Origin: an uncultured Thermoleophilia bacterium
GTDB taxonomy: Bacteria > Actinomycetota > Thermoleophilia > UBA2241
Reading direction: 5' to 3'
DNA length: 64,000 nucleotides
Assembly (NCBI GenBank): GCA_963702475.1
Contig: CAVPCT010000005.1
Span: 256,001-320,000, forward strand
Under the pieces are notes generated by a model. That model made no database searches, was not told the origin of the DNA, and saw nothing but the letters and a program-made list of their open reading frames with translations. Both the position numbers and the translations under genes were made by a program. Below are positions 1-8,452 of this stretch, one piece after another; position 1 is the stretch's first letter; each line of letters begins with the position of its first letter.

Positions 1-7
1 GGCGTGC

Positions 8-1627
8 GTGCTCGTCGCGCTTCTCACGCTACCCTCCACGGCGCTCGCCGACGGTGAGCCGGCAAGAAAGGTCGACACCAGCGTCCAGACGGTGCTGGAG
101 GCCACGGGTGGCAAGACGGCCATCCCGGTCATGGTCGAGGCCCCGGGCGCGCTCGACCAGGTCAAGGCGACCATCCCCCTCGGCGTCGCGATCACCGACA
201 TCCCCCTTGTCGACGGCCTCGCCGCGTGCCTGACCCCCGACGAGATCAAGTCCCTGGGCAGCGCCGGCTTCGTGACGTACATCGTCGCCGACAACCTGGT
301 GCATGGCCTGACCTACCAGAGCACCATGGACATCACCAACCTCACCATCGGGCTGGGTGATGTCCCGTCGCCTGCCGACGACGGCCCAGACGGCGCCGGG
401 GCGACCGTGGCGATCATCGACACCGGCATCGCCACCACCAGCGACCTGGGCGCGAGCCGTATCGTCGGCTGGAAGGACTTCGTCAACGGCGAGGCCGCCC
501 CGTACGACGACGCCGGGCACGGTACCTTCGTCGCCGGCCTCATCGCCGGCGACGGCAGCGCTTCACTGCCGCTCGAGAACGGCGGCACGGCCAGAGTGCA
601 GTTCCGCGGCGTCGCTCCGGCCGCGAACGTCGTCGGCATCAAGGTCCTCGACGAAGTCGGCCAGGGTCGCAGTTCGGCCCTCATCGCAGGTATCGCGTGG
701 GCCATCACCCACAAGGACGAGTACGGCATCCGCGTCATGAACATCTCCATCGGCGGCAACCCCGTCTCCTCGGTGACCAAGGACCCCGTCGCTCGAGCGG
801 TCGAGGCAGCGTGGCGCAGCGGCATCACCGTGGTGTGTGCTGCAGGCAACGAGGGTGAGTTCGGCCCCGGCAGCATCCTGTCGCCCGGCAACGACCCGTT
901 CGTGATCACCGTCGGCGCCGACGACACCATGCTGACCGCAGAGACCGGCGACGACCGCATCGCCGCCTACAGTTCGGTCGGTCCGACGCTGTTCGACGAG
1001 ATCGCCAAGCCAGACGTGATCGCCCCGGGCAGACGCCTGGAGTCGCTGCGCGCCCCCGGCTCCTTCCTCGACGTCAACTTCCCGGACAACATCGTCCCGC
1101 TGTCCAGTTACGACACGTCCCCGACGACCGGCGCCGAGTCCGCCTACCTCAGGCTGTCCGGCACCAGCGCTTCTGCGCCGGTGGTCGCCGGCGCTGCCGC
1201 CCTGATGATAGGAGAAGACTCCTCGCTGACCCCCGACGACGTCAAGGTCCGGTTGATGACGACCGCTGACCCGGTGGCAGGAGCCACGACCGCCCAGCAA
1301 GGCTTCGGCCTCATCGACGTCGACGAGGCGCTCGAGAGCACTGCCGTCGCCGACGGCTGGGCGCTCTCCGCGACGCTCGGTGACGGCAAGAAGACATTCA
1401 AGGCCGGGGACTACAACAAATGGGAGAAGCGTGCTTGGGAGAAGTATGGGTGGACCAAGTACAAGTGGACCAAGTACAAGTGGACCAAGTACAAGTGGAC
1501 CAAGTACAAGTGGACGGAAGTCGTCTGGACGAAGTACAAGTGGACCAAGATCGACTGGACCAAGTACAAGTGGACCGAGTACGACTGGGCTAAGTACAAG
1601 TGGACGATCCTGATCGAAGGTCAGTGA
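8..1627 (+). CDS. Secreted S8 (subtilisin/AprX-like) serine protease with C-terminal Trp pentapeptide repeats; the true start may lie left of the window
   Basis: Catalytic motifs AIIDTGI, GHGTFVAG, AAGN, SGTSASAPVVAG; hydrophobic signal-peptide end (LLTLPSTALA-D); prodomain-sized N-terminal segment; WxxxxW tail. Confidence 0.93.
   Translation: MLVALLTLPSTALADGEPARKVDTSVQTVLEATGGKTAIPVMVEAPGALDQVKATIPLGVAITDIPLVDGLAACLTPDEIKSLGSAGFVTYIVADNLVHGLTYQSTMDITNLTIGLGDVPSPADDGPDGAGATVAIIDTGIATTSDLGASRIVGWKDFVNGEAAPYDDAGHGTFVAGLIAGDGSASLPLENGGTARVQFRGVAPAANVVGIKVLDEVGQGRSSALIAGIAWAITHKDEYGIRVMNISIGGNPVSSVTKDPVARAVEAAWRSGITVVCAAGNEGEFGPGSILSPGNDPFVITVGADDTMLTAETGDDRIAAYSSVGPTLFDEIAKPDVIAPGRRLESLRAPGSFLDVNFPDNIVPLSSYDTSPTTGAESAYLRLSGTSASAPVVAGAAALMIGEDSSLTPDDVKVRLMTTADPVAGATTAQQGFGLIDVDEALESTAVADGWALSATLGDGKKTFKAGDYNKWEKRAWEKYGWTKYKWTKYKWTKYKWTKYKWTEVVWTKYKWTKIDWTKYKWTEYDWAKYKWTILIEGQ
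1421..1615 (+). repeat. Coding 15-bp tandem repeat (consensus TGGACCAAGTACAAG = WTKYK), 13 W-led units
   Basis: Units start at 1421, 1436, 1451 ... 1601; four perfect consecutive copies at 1451-1510. Confidence 0.97.
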
Positions 1628-3165
1628 CGACGATCCCGGCCACCCACCTCGACACCGAACACGAGACGGCCGTGCGGAAACGCACGGCCGTCTCTGTCTC
1701 TGTCTTCGTCGCACTCGTCTCCGTCGCGGCGGGCGCGGCTGTCCTTGCGGCGCTGCTCGACGACCCCGCCCCGCTCACGGTGGACATAGTCGCGTTCATC
1801 ATCCTCGCGACGGTGGCCGACCTCCGTGAGGTCAAGATGCCGCTGGTCGGGATCGTGACGCTCTCGTTCGTGCCGGTCCTCGCAGCGCTCCTCGTCCTCG
1901 GTCTCTGGCCGGCACTGTTGTGCGCGGCGGTGTCCGGACTGACCAGCGCGTGGTACATGCGAGACCCGGTGAAGATCGTCTTCAACGTGGCCAATTACGT
2001 CGTCTCGACATACCTGGCCGGGATCCTGTACCTCGCCCTGGCTCCTCCAGACGGGGCTTTCATGACGAAGGTGCTCCCCACGGTCGCGGCGACGGTCGTC
2101 GATTTCGCCGCCAACACGGTGCTCCTGGCAGTCGTGATCTCGCTCGCGACGCACGGCAATCCGATGGCCGTCTGGAGACAGAACTACCAGTGGGGCCTGC
2201 CCAGCTACCTTGCCGGCTCCACCCTGGCACTACTGCTGGCCGCGCTCTACCTGTGGCTCGGCGTACCCGGCATGCTCCTCGCCATCCCCCCGGCGTACCT
2301 CATCTACTACTCCTACGACATCTACATGAAGCGCGCGAAGGACCGGCTCACGTTCGACGCGGAACGTGACTCCTTCCACGCCGAACTCACCAAGTCGACG
2401 CAGCTGCACGATGAGCTCCGTGCGGCACAACTCAAGGTGGCTGCGGAGATCGAGCGCGCCAAACGCATCCAGACAGACCTCCTGCCCGCCCGCACCCCAG
2501 ACGTCGGAGGGCTCGCCCTCACGCAGCGGATCGAGTTCCTCGGTGAGATGGGCGGCGACTACTACGACTACATCCCCTTCCGCGACGGACGGCTGGGCCT
2601 CGTGTGTGGCGACGTGATGGGCAAGGGCCTCGCGGCAGCCCTCATCATGGCCATGGCGCGGTCCGTCCTGCACTCCGCGATCGGTCCGGGCAGGTCGCCC
2701 GGCGACGTCCTGGCCGAGGTGAACGACGCCCTGGCACGCGACCTGGAGGGCCAGCGCCTGCCGTACTTCCTCACCCTGGTGCTGGCCGTGTACGACCCGT
2801 CCACGCGCCACCTGTCGGTGGCCGGCGGCGGCCACAACCCTGTACTCGTCGTGTCGTCGAACGGCATCGAGCGCGTGCCCTCACGCGGCGCCGCGCTCGG
2901 TGTGCGCACCGGCCTGCAGTTCCCGGAGGACGACTTCGTCCTCGACCCCGGCGACACAGTCGCCCTGTACACCGACGGCATCACTGAGGCGCGTGACCCC
3001 GCCGGCGAGCTCCTCGGACAGCATCGCCTCGAGGCGATGCTGTCCGAGGCGGACACTGACTCGCTGGACGCCACCCTGGAGTCGGTCTGGGAGCGCGTGG
3101 CCGCCTACCGCGGAGGAGCGGCCGCGACCGACGACGCGACGCTCCTGCTGGCGCGCATGCGGTAG
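1624..3165 (+). CDS. Membrane-bound PP2C/SpoIIE (RsbU-like) Ser phosphatase with N-terminal multi-TM sensor and coiled coil
   Basis: About 7-8 hydrophobic helices in the first 240 aa; GGDYYD, GDVMGKG, LYTDGITEA, DDAT motifs; GTG start overlaps the protease TGA (GTGA at 1624-1627). Confidence 0.92.
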   Translation: MTTIPATHLDTEHETAVRKRTAVSVSVFVALVSVAAGAAVLAALLDDPAPLTVDIVAFIILATVADLREVKMPLVGIVTLSFVPVLAALLVLGLWPALLCAAVSGLTSAWYMRDPVKIVFNVANYVVSTYLAGILYLALAPPDGAFMTKVLPTVAATVVDFAANTVLLAVVISLATHGNPMAVWRQNYQWGLPSYLAGSTLALLLAALYLWLGVPGMLLAIPPAYLIYYSYDIYMKRAKDRLTFDAERDSFHAELTKSTQLHDELRAAQLKVAAEIERAKRIQTDLLPARTPDVGGLALTQRIEFLGEMGGDYYDYIPFRDGRLGLVCGDVMGKGLAAALIMAMARSVLHSAIGPGRSPGDVLAEVNDALARDLEGQRLPYFLTLVLAVYDPSTRHLSVAGGGHNPVLVVSSNGIERVPSRGAALGVRTGLQFPEDDFVLDPGDTVALYTDGITEARDPAGELLGQHRLEAMLSEADTDSLDATLESVWERVAAYRGGAAATDDATLLLARMR

Positions 3166-3200
3166 GCCGACCGGACGGCCGCCCTGCGCGCGGGCGGCAC

Positions 3201-5297
3201 TCAGCGTACGGTGAGCTCGGCCGACCCCACCTGCTTGGCGCGATTGCCGGCGATGTCGGTGGCCGTCACCCGCCACGTGTACACGCCTTTGGGCAGCGTC
3301 GCCTTGAAGCGGTACCTGAGACCGGTGTTCACGCGGCGAGCGCCCAGCCCGACGGTGCGGACCGTCGTCCCGTTGCGCCTCACCTGGATGGTGACGGTGG
3401 CGCTGCCGCAGGTCGGGGCCGCATCGTCGACGCGGTAGTGCAGCGTCACCATCTTGCCGGCCTTCACCGTCGCAGGGTCTGCAGTGGTCCGTGGGACAGA
3501 CGTGTCGATATTGACGTAGCCGGTGCACGTCGTCTCCGCGGCCCCGAGCACGTCGACCGACGACCACGCCACCGCATGGCTTCCCGCGCCCGACACCGTG
3601 AACGGCGCGCTGTAGGCTTCGGCCGCCGAGCCGTCGACGGAGTAGCTCGTGCTCGCGACGCCCGCCCCCTCATCCACGGCCTTGAGCGTCACGGTCAGTG
3701 GAGAGTTGCGCCAGCCGGTCGTGGGGCCCGCAGCAAGCGACGGACTGGCGGTCGTCACCGGAGGCGAGTCGTCGGTGTTCACGTAGGCGACGTGGCGGGT
3801 CTCCCGGTTGCCGGCCACGTCGACCGACCAGTAGACGACGGCGTGACTCCCTCCGCCGGCCACGGTGAACGGCGCCGTGTAGGTTGTCTCGGAGCCGCCG
3901 TCCACACTGTAGCGCGTCACGGACACACCCGAGAGATCGTCGCTGGCCGAGAGGCTGACCGCGCGCACGGTCGGGGCCCAGCCGCCTGTGGGACTGACCG
4001 CCAGCGGTGGTTCCGCGGTCGTCACTGGAGGCACGACGTCGATGTTCACGTAGCCGTTGCGCGGCGTCTCCTCGTTGCCCGAGGCGTCGACCGAGTGGTA
4101 GCCCACGCGGTGGCTGCCCGGAGCGGCGACGACGAACGGGATCAAGTACAGGGCGGGCTCCCCATCGTCGAGCGTGTAGTACGTGGCCGCGACAACCGAG
4201 CCGGCGTCGCCGGCCGACAGCGTCAAGGTCACAGCCGACGTGCGCCACCCTGAGGTGGGATCGCCCGCCAGCGCCGGACTGACGGTGGTCACGGGCGGCA
4301 GACCGTCGATGGAGAGTCTGCGGACGGTGTCGTTGCCCGTGTCGGCGACGTACACGTTCCCCGCAGCATCGCAGGTGACGCCTTGAGGACCGTCGAACCG
4401 CGCCTCTGACCCCGCGCCGTCGACGCTGCCGGACACGTCGACAGCGCCCGCCACGACAGCAGCCGAGCCGCCGCCCGCACAGCGCCGAATGCAGTCGTTG
4501 TCGGTATCCGCCACATAGACGGTGCCGGCGGCATCGCAGGCGACGCCGCCGGGATAGCTCAACGAGGACGCCCCGGCGATCTCCACGACGCTGCCGCCGG
4601 TGAGCTGGAGGACACGGCCGCCCCCTGTGTCCGTGACGTAGACGCTGCCGTCGGGTCCGCACGCCACACTCTGCGGCGAGTCCAGACCGACCTCTGGTCC
4701 TGCCACCGTGGTGACCCGACCGGACGGCGTCACTTTGCGCACCGCACCGTTGCCGACATCGGCCACGTAGACGTTGCCGTCCGCATCGCAGGCCAGGCCG
4801 GCGGGGTAGCTGAACCGTGCCGTGGCTCCGAGACCATCATCGGCCCCCTGCTCGGCGGCCGCGCCTGCGAGCGCGCTCAGTGACCCGCCCTCGATGATCC
4901 TGTAGATCACGTGGTTGTAGGTGTCCGAGACGTACACGGTGCCGGCGGCGTCGCAAGCGATCCCCTGCGGGTACGAGAGACCCGCCGAGGCTCCCACGAG
5001 TGTGCTCACCGTGCGGTCCGGCGTGATCCTGCGCACGGTGCCGTTGTCGGTGTCGGCGACGTAGACGGCGCCGGCCGCATCACAGGCAAGGGCGTAGGGG
5101 CTTCCGAACCTGGCCGCGGCGCCCACGCCGTCGGCGGTGCCGGCGACGCCTGCGGATCCAGCGAGCGTGGTGACGCTCACGCCGAGCCCCGATGCTGGGG
5201 AGCATACGGAAAGCGCCAGGCAGACGCATGCCGCCGGGACACCGAGGGCCAGAGCCAGCCATCGACCCGCCCGATGAGAAGACGACACCGTGTTCAC
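3201..5297 (-). CDS. Secreted NHL-repeat (beta-propeller) protein with C-terminal Ig-like/beta-sandwich repeats
   Basis: Repeated P-x-G-x-ACDAAGxVYVAD blades; three PVTT...YSVD..GN.E modules; signal-like N-terminus; GGAGG RBS before GTG 5297. Confidence 0.85.
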   Translation of the reverse strand: MNTVSSSHRAGRWLALALGVPAACVCLALSVCSPASGLGVSVTTLAGSAGVAGTADGVGAAARFGSPYALACDAAGAVYVADTDNGTVRRITPDRTVSTLVGASAGLSYPQGIACDAAGTVYVSDTYNHVIYRIIEGGSLSALAGAAAEQGADDGLGATARFSYPAGLACDADGNVYVADVGNGAVRKVTPSGRVTTVAGPEVGLDSPQSVACGPDGSVYVTDTGGGRVLQLTGGSVVEIAGASSLSYPGGVACDAAGTVYVADTDNDCIRRCAGGGSAAVVAGAVDVSGSVDGAGSEARFDGPQGVTCDAAGNVYVADTGNDTVRRLSIDGLPPVTTVSPALAGDPTSGWRTSAVTLTLSAGDAGSVVAATYYTLDDGEPALYLIPFVVAAPGSHRVGYHSVDASGNEETPRNGYVNIDVVPPVTTAEPPLAVSPTGGWAPTVRAVSLSASDDLSGVSVTRYSVDGGSETTYTAPFTVAGGGSHAVVYWSVDVAGNRETRHVAYVNTDDSPPVTTASPSLAAGPTTGWRNSPLTVTLKAVDEGAGVASTSYSVDGSAAEAYSAPFTVSGAGSHAVAWSSVDVLGAAETTCTGYVNIDTSVPRTTADPATVKAGKMVTLHYRVDDAAPTCGSATVTIQVRRNGTTVRTVGLGARRVNTGLRYRFKATLPKGVYTWRVTATDIAGNRAKQVGSAELTVR

Positions 5298-5387
5298 GGG
5301 AACACCTCCCCGGTCCGTGCACGAGAGGGCCGGCACCCATGGGGGGCGATGCCGGACCCGCGACACCTGCGAAGCGCCCCTCCACTG

Positions 5388-5416
5388 CTATCGGCACCTC
5401 GGGCGCACGCGCTTAG
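5388..5416 (-). promoter_or_regulatory. Sigma-28 (FliA/WhiG)-like promoter upstream of the NHL gene
   Basis: Minus strand TAAG-N16-GCCGATAG versus consensus TAAA-N15-GCCGATAA. Confidence 0.4.
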
Positions 5417-5507
5417 GAATCCGCGAGTCCGGAGGCCCACGGGGCGCCGTCTTGTCTGAGACGCTGCGACGCGAGAGTATCTAGGCGACCCCCGATGAAA
5501 GGTCGCC

Positions 5508-6284
5508 ATGCCCGACCCCACAGTCGAAGCGCCCGCCAAGCTCCAGGTCTTCCGCTACCGGCCGTCCAACGGCCGCATCCACGCGGTCATCGGGGAACTG
5601 GACGAGGGCCTCCGTCGGACGGACCTCATCGCCTATGCGTCTGACGCGCTCGAGAGCGAGACGTTCGTGTGCCACGCCGTGGCGAACGACGACGAGAACG
5701 TGGCGGACGAGCTGTGCTTCGTCCCTCAGGGCGACCACTGCGACATCCTCAGCATGCGCACGAGCGGCTGGAAGCGCTACCACGGCGACCACCGGCGCAG
5801 CCTCGTCGAGATCCTCAACACGCTGGCCGCGGCGGTCGCCTGCGGCAGGCTCAGGATCCTGGATGAGGAAGAGCGCAAAGCCGAGGTGGCGCGGGGTGAC
5901 GTGCTGCGCAAGATCGAGATCGTCGACAGCGGCGCGCTCGCCCAGGCCCGTGACGCCGTGCAGCAGGCGCTCGAGCTCCTCGGCATCGACGCCTTCACCG
6001 TCCAGCGCACCACGCTCTGCGTCTCGGAGGCGCTCACCAACATCCTCATCCACGGCGGCGGCCGCGGGGCGATGACCCTGCGCCGCCTCCCCGGCCGCCT
6101 GCGCATCGTCGTCGCCGACGCAGGACCCGGCCTCAACTTCCTGAACTGGATAGAACCACCACACGTGGGCGGGCAGGCCTCCATGGGGTATGGCTTCAAG
6201 ATCATCCTCGACAACCTCGACGCGGTCGCACTGCACACCGGCCCCGACGGCACCACGCTGGTGCTCGACCGCGTCATAGACTAG
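5508..6284 (+). CDS. Anti-sigma factor/Ser kinase (RsbW-like HATPase_c) with an uncharacterised ~130-aa N-terminal domain
   Basis: VSEALTNILIHG (N box), DAGPG (G1), GYGFKII (G2); followed by a STAS gene. Confidence 0.85.
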   Translation: MPDPTVEAPAKLQVFRYRPSNGRIHAVIGELDEGLRRTDLIAYASDALESETFVCHAVANDDENVADELCFVPQGDHCDILSMRTSGWKRYHGDHRRSLVEILNTLAAAVACGRLRILDEEERKAEVARGDVLRKIEIVDSGALAQARDAVQQALELLGIDAFTVQRTTLCVSEALTNILIHGGGRGAMTLRRLPGRLRIVVADAGPGLNFLNWIEPPHVGGQASMGYGFKIILDNLDAVALHTGPDGTTLVLDRVID

Positions 6285-6296
6285 GCAGGGACGAGC

Positions 6297-6608
6297 ATGC
6301 TCCGCACATCTGTGACCCAGGGCCCCGCGCCCACGGTGTTCCTTACCGGAGAGATGGACCTGGACTGCGCCGACGTCCTCCGCGAGGCAGTCGCGGAGGC
6401 GACTCGCGGCGCCGAGACGGTGGTGCTGGACTTCTCCGGTGTGTCCTTCATCGACTCGTCCGGGACCGGCATCTTCGTGCGGCTGTGCCTCGACCTGAAG
6501 AGCCAGGGCACGCCCCTGGTGGCGCGCAACCTCACGCCGGCGGTGCGCGGCGTGTTCGACATGCTCCGTGTGCGCGACCTCGTCGGCGAAGAGGTGTTCC
6601 CCGACTGA
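6297..6608 (+). CDS. STAS-domain anti-sigma factor antagonist (RsbV/SpoIIAA-like)
   Basis: GEMDL...VVLDFSGVSFIDSSG with the phosphoacceptor Ser motif. Confidence 0.92.
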   Translation: MLRTSVTQGPAPTVFLTGEMDLDCADVLREAVAEATRGAETVVLDFSGVSFIDSSGTGIFVRLCLDLKSQGTPLVARNLTPAVRGVFDMLRVRDLVGEEVFPD

Positions 6609-6687
6609 CGAGCGCCTGCCGGGCGGAGCGGGTCAGCGCCTCCGTGCCGGCCGACCCGGCGTGCGACGCCCGCCGCCCCGCTCCCCA

Positions 6688-7008
6688 TCAGTCGTTGTGA
6701 AGCGGGCCGACCCCGGCGAGGACGACGAGCGTGGCCAAGTCGCCGTCGACCGACACGCTCGACACACACGCCTCGCCCTGGTAGCAGCGGCCGTCACGGG
6801 TGACGATGGAGAGCGACATGGACGAGCCGTGGTGGAGGTGGTCGAGGTACTCCTGCACCTCCTGGGGAGACTCGACCCGCAGCGTCCAGCACGCCCCGGC
6901 GTCGCTCACGATACGCGCGTTCAGGAAGCCCATCTCACGATGGTCGTGTCGCAGCTTGAGCAATCGTGCCTGAGGCATGTCCACGCCGGCCCCTGTGTTC
7001 AGGATCAT
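6688..7008 (-). CDS. Hypothetical beta-rich protein (~106 aa)
   Basis: Protein-like ORF from ATG 7008 with a purine-rich upstream tract; the longer ORF call runs into the tRNA. Confidence 0.6.
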   Translation of the reverse strand: MILNTGAGVDMPQARLLKLRHDHREMGFLNARIVSDAGACWTLRVESPQEVQEYLDHLHHGSSMSLSIVTRDGRCYQGEACVSSVSVDGDLATLVVLAGVGPLHND

Positions 7009-7063
7009 CCTCTGTCTCACACCATACCCCCGGCGTGTGGCCGATAGACGGCCGGAGACACGA

Positions 7064-7087
7064 AGACCGGCCCCGAAGGACCGGTCT
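7064..7087 (-). terminator. Hairpin downstream of tRNA-Phe
   Basis: AGACCGGCCC-CGAA-GGACCGGTCT inverted repeat with one mismatch. Confidence 0.5.
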
Positions 7088-7100
7088 GGCGGGCGAAGAC

Positions 7101-7176
7101 TGGTGGCGAGGGTCAGAATTGAACTGACGACACCGCGATTTTCAGTCGCGTGCTCTACCAACTGAGCTACCTCGCC
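7101..7176 (-). tRNA. tRNA-Phe (GAA)
   Basis: Reverse complement GGCGAGGTAGCTCAGTTGGTAGAGCACGCGACTGAAAATCGCGGTGTCGTCAGTTCAATTCTGACCCTCGCCACCA; cloverleaf with encoded CCA. Confidence 0.97.
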
Positions 7177-7302
7177 ACGCGTGCTCCCGCTGGAGCGCGC
7201 CTCATGCTACCGACGAGGCTGCGCGGGTGCAACCGGCGGTCCGGGCGGGCGGCGTCCGTGCTGACGCCGCCCGCCCGGACCGCCTTCCCGATGCCGCCCG
7301 GC

Positions 7303-8016
7303 TCACCAGCCCGTCGTGTCCAGCTCGGACTGCTTCTCGACGCGCTCCGGCTCTTCCTCGGGCAGGAACACCTTGATGAGGTCCTTCTCCCTGCCGTGCG
7401 GCACGAGGCACAGCACGTAGTCACCGGCGAGGATCATGGTGGAGCCGCGCGCCACCAGAGCCTGTCCGGCGCGCACGATGGCGGCCAGCAGCACGCCCGA
7501 CGGCAGGTCGATGTCCTGCACGTAGGTGTCGGCGAACGGGGAGCTCTCGCTCACCTCCAGCTCGACGAGCTCGAGGCCTTCACCGCGCAGCGAGAGCAGG
7601 TGCACGAACTTGTGCACCGGCAGCTCGTGCATGATGAGCCGCAGCATGGCGGTGGTGGCGCACACGGTGTTCTTGATGCCGAGAAGGTCGAACGTCGCCT
7701 GGTTGAACGGGTTGTTGACGCGCGCCACGATCTTTGGCACCCCGAACTTGAGCGTGGCGATCTGCGAGATGACGATGTTGTCCTCGTCGTCGCCCGTGAC
7801 GGCCACGATCATGTCGGCGCGGCCGATGCCGGCCTTCTCGAGCACCCACACCTCGGTGCCGTCACCGAACACGAGGCACTCCTCACCGAGCTCCTCCGCC
7901 ACGAGGTCGTACCGGGTCTTGCGCTGCTCGACGAGGACGATCTCGTGCCCCAACTGCAGCAGCTGCCGGGCGGTGTTCAGACCGACCTTGCCCGCGCCCA
8001 CGATGAGTACGAACAC
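7303..8016 (-). CDS. trkA: TrkA/KtrA family K+ uptake regulatory protein (RCK-N + RCK-C)
   Basis: IVGAGKVG Rossmann motif, GDGT, VTGDDEDN, TrkA-C domain. Confidence 0.9.
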   Translation of the reverse strand: MFVLIVGAGKVGLNTARQLLQLGHEIVLVEQRKTRYDLVAEELGEECLVFGDGTEVWVLEKAGIGRADMIVAVTGDDEDNIVISQIATLKFGVPKIVARVNNPFNQATFDLLGIKNTVCATTAMLRLIMHELPVHKFVHLLSLRGEGLELVELEVSESSPFADTYVQDIDLPSGVLLAAIVRAGQALVARGSTMILAGDYVLCLVPHGREKDLIKVFLPEEEPERVEKQSELDTTGW

Positions 8017-8019
8017 CGC

Positions 8020-8442
8020 TCAGCCCTCCGCGACCGGCAGCTGACAGGAGCGCACGGCGTCGAGCAGCGACACGCGCACATCCCGGGTAGGACACACCGT
8101 GCGGATGCCCGCCTGCGCGAAGAGCTCGGCGCGCAGCGGGTCGTACACGCGCGCGACCACGCACTTCACGCCGTAGCGTTTCTGCGCGATCTGCGACACC
8201 ACGATGTTGGTGTTGTCGCCGTCGGTGCAGGCGACGAAGGCAAAGGCCTGCTTGATACGGGCCTTGCGCAACACGTCCCAGTCCAGCGCGCGTCCGACGA
8301 TGAACTCGCCGGGGAACTCGTCGCCCAGCAGATGGAACGAGTCCGGACTCTCGTCGATGATCACGACGTCGAAGCCTTGCGAGACAAGGTCACGGGCGAG
8401 GCCTGAGCCCACGCGCCCGCAGCCTGCGATCACGACATGCAT
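8020..8442 (-). CDS. TrkA-N-only K+ uptake protein
   Basis: IAGCGRVG, TDGDNTN, ARVYDP motifs; no C-terminal domain. Confidence 0.88.
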   Translation of the reverse strand: MHVVIAGCGRVGSGLARDLVSQGFDVVIIDESPDSFHLLGDEFPGEFIVGRALDWDVLRKARIKQAFAFVACTDGDNTNIVVSQIAQKRYGVKCVVARVYDPLRAELFAQAGIRTVCPTRDVRVSLLDAVRSCQLPVAEG

Positions 8443-8452
8443 CTTTCACCCC

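Noticed and set aside
1421-1615. 15-bp tandem repeat as a CRISPR array
   Set aside because: No spacers, in-frame coding repeat, no cas genes
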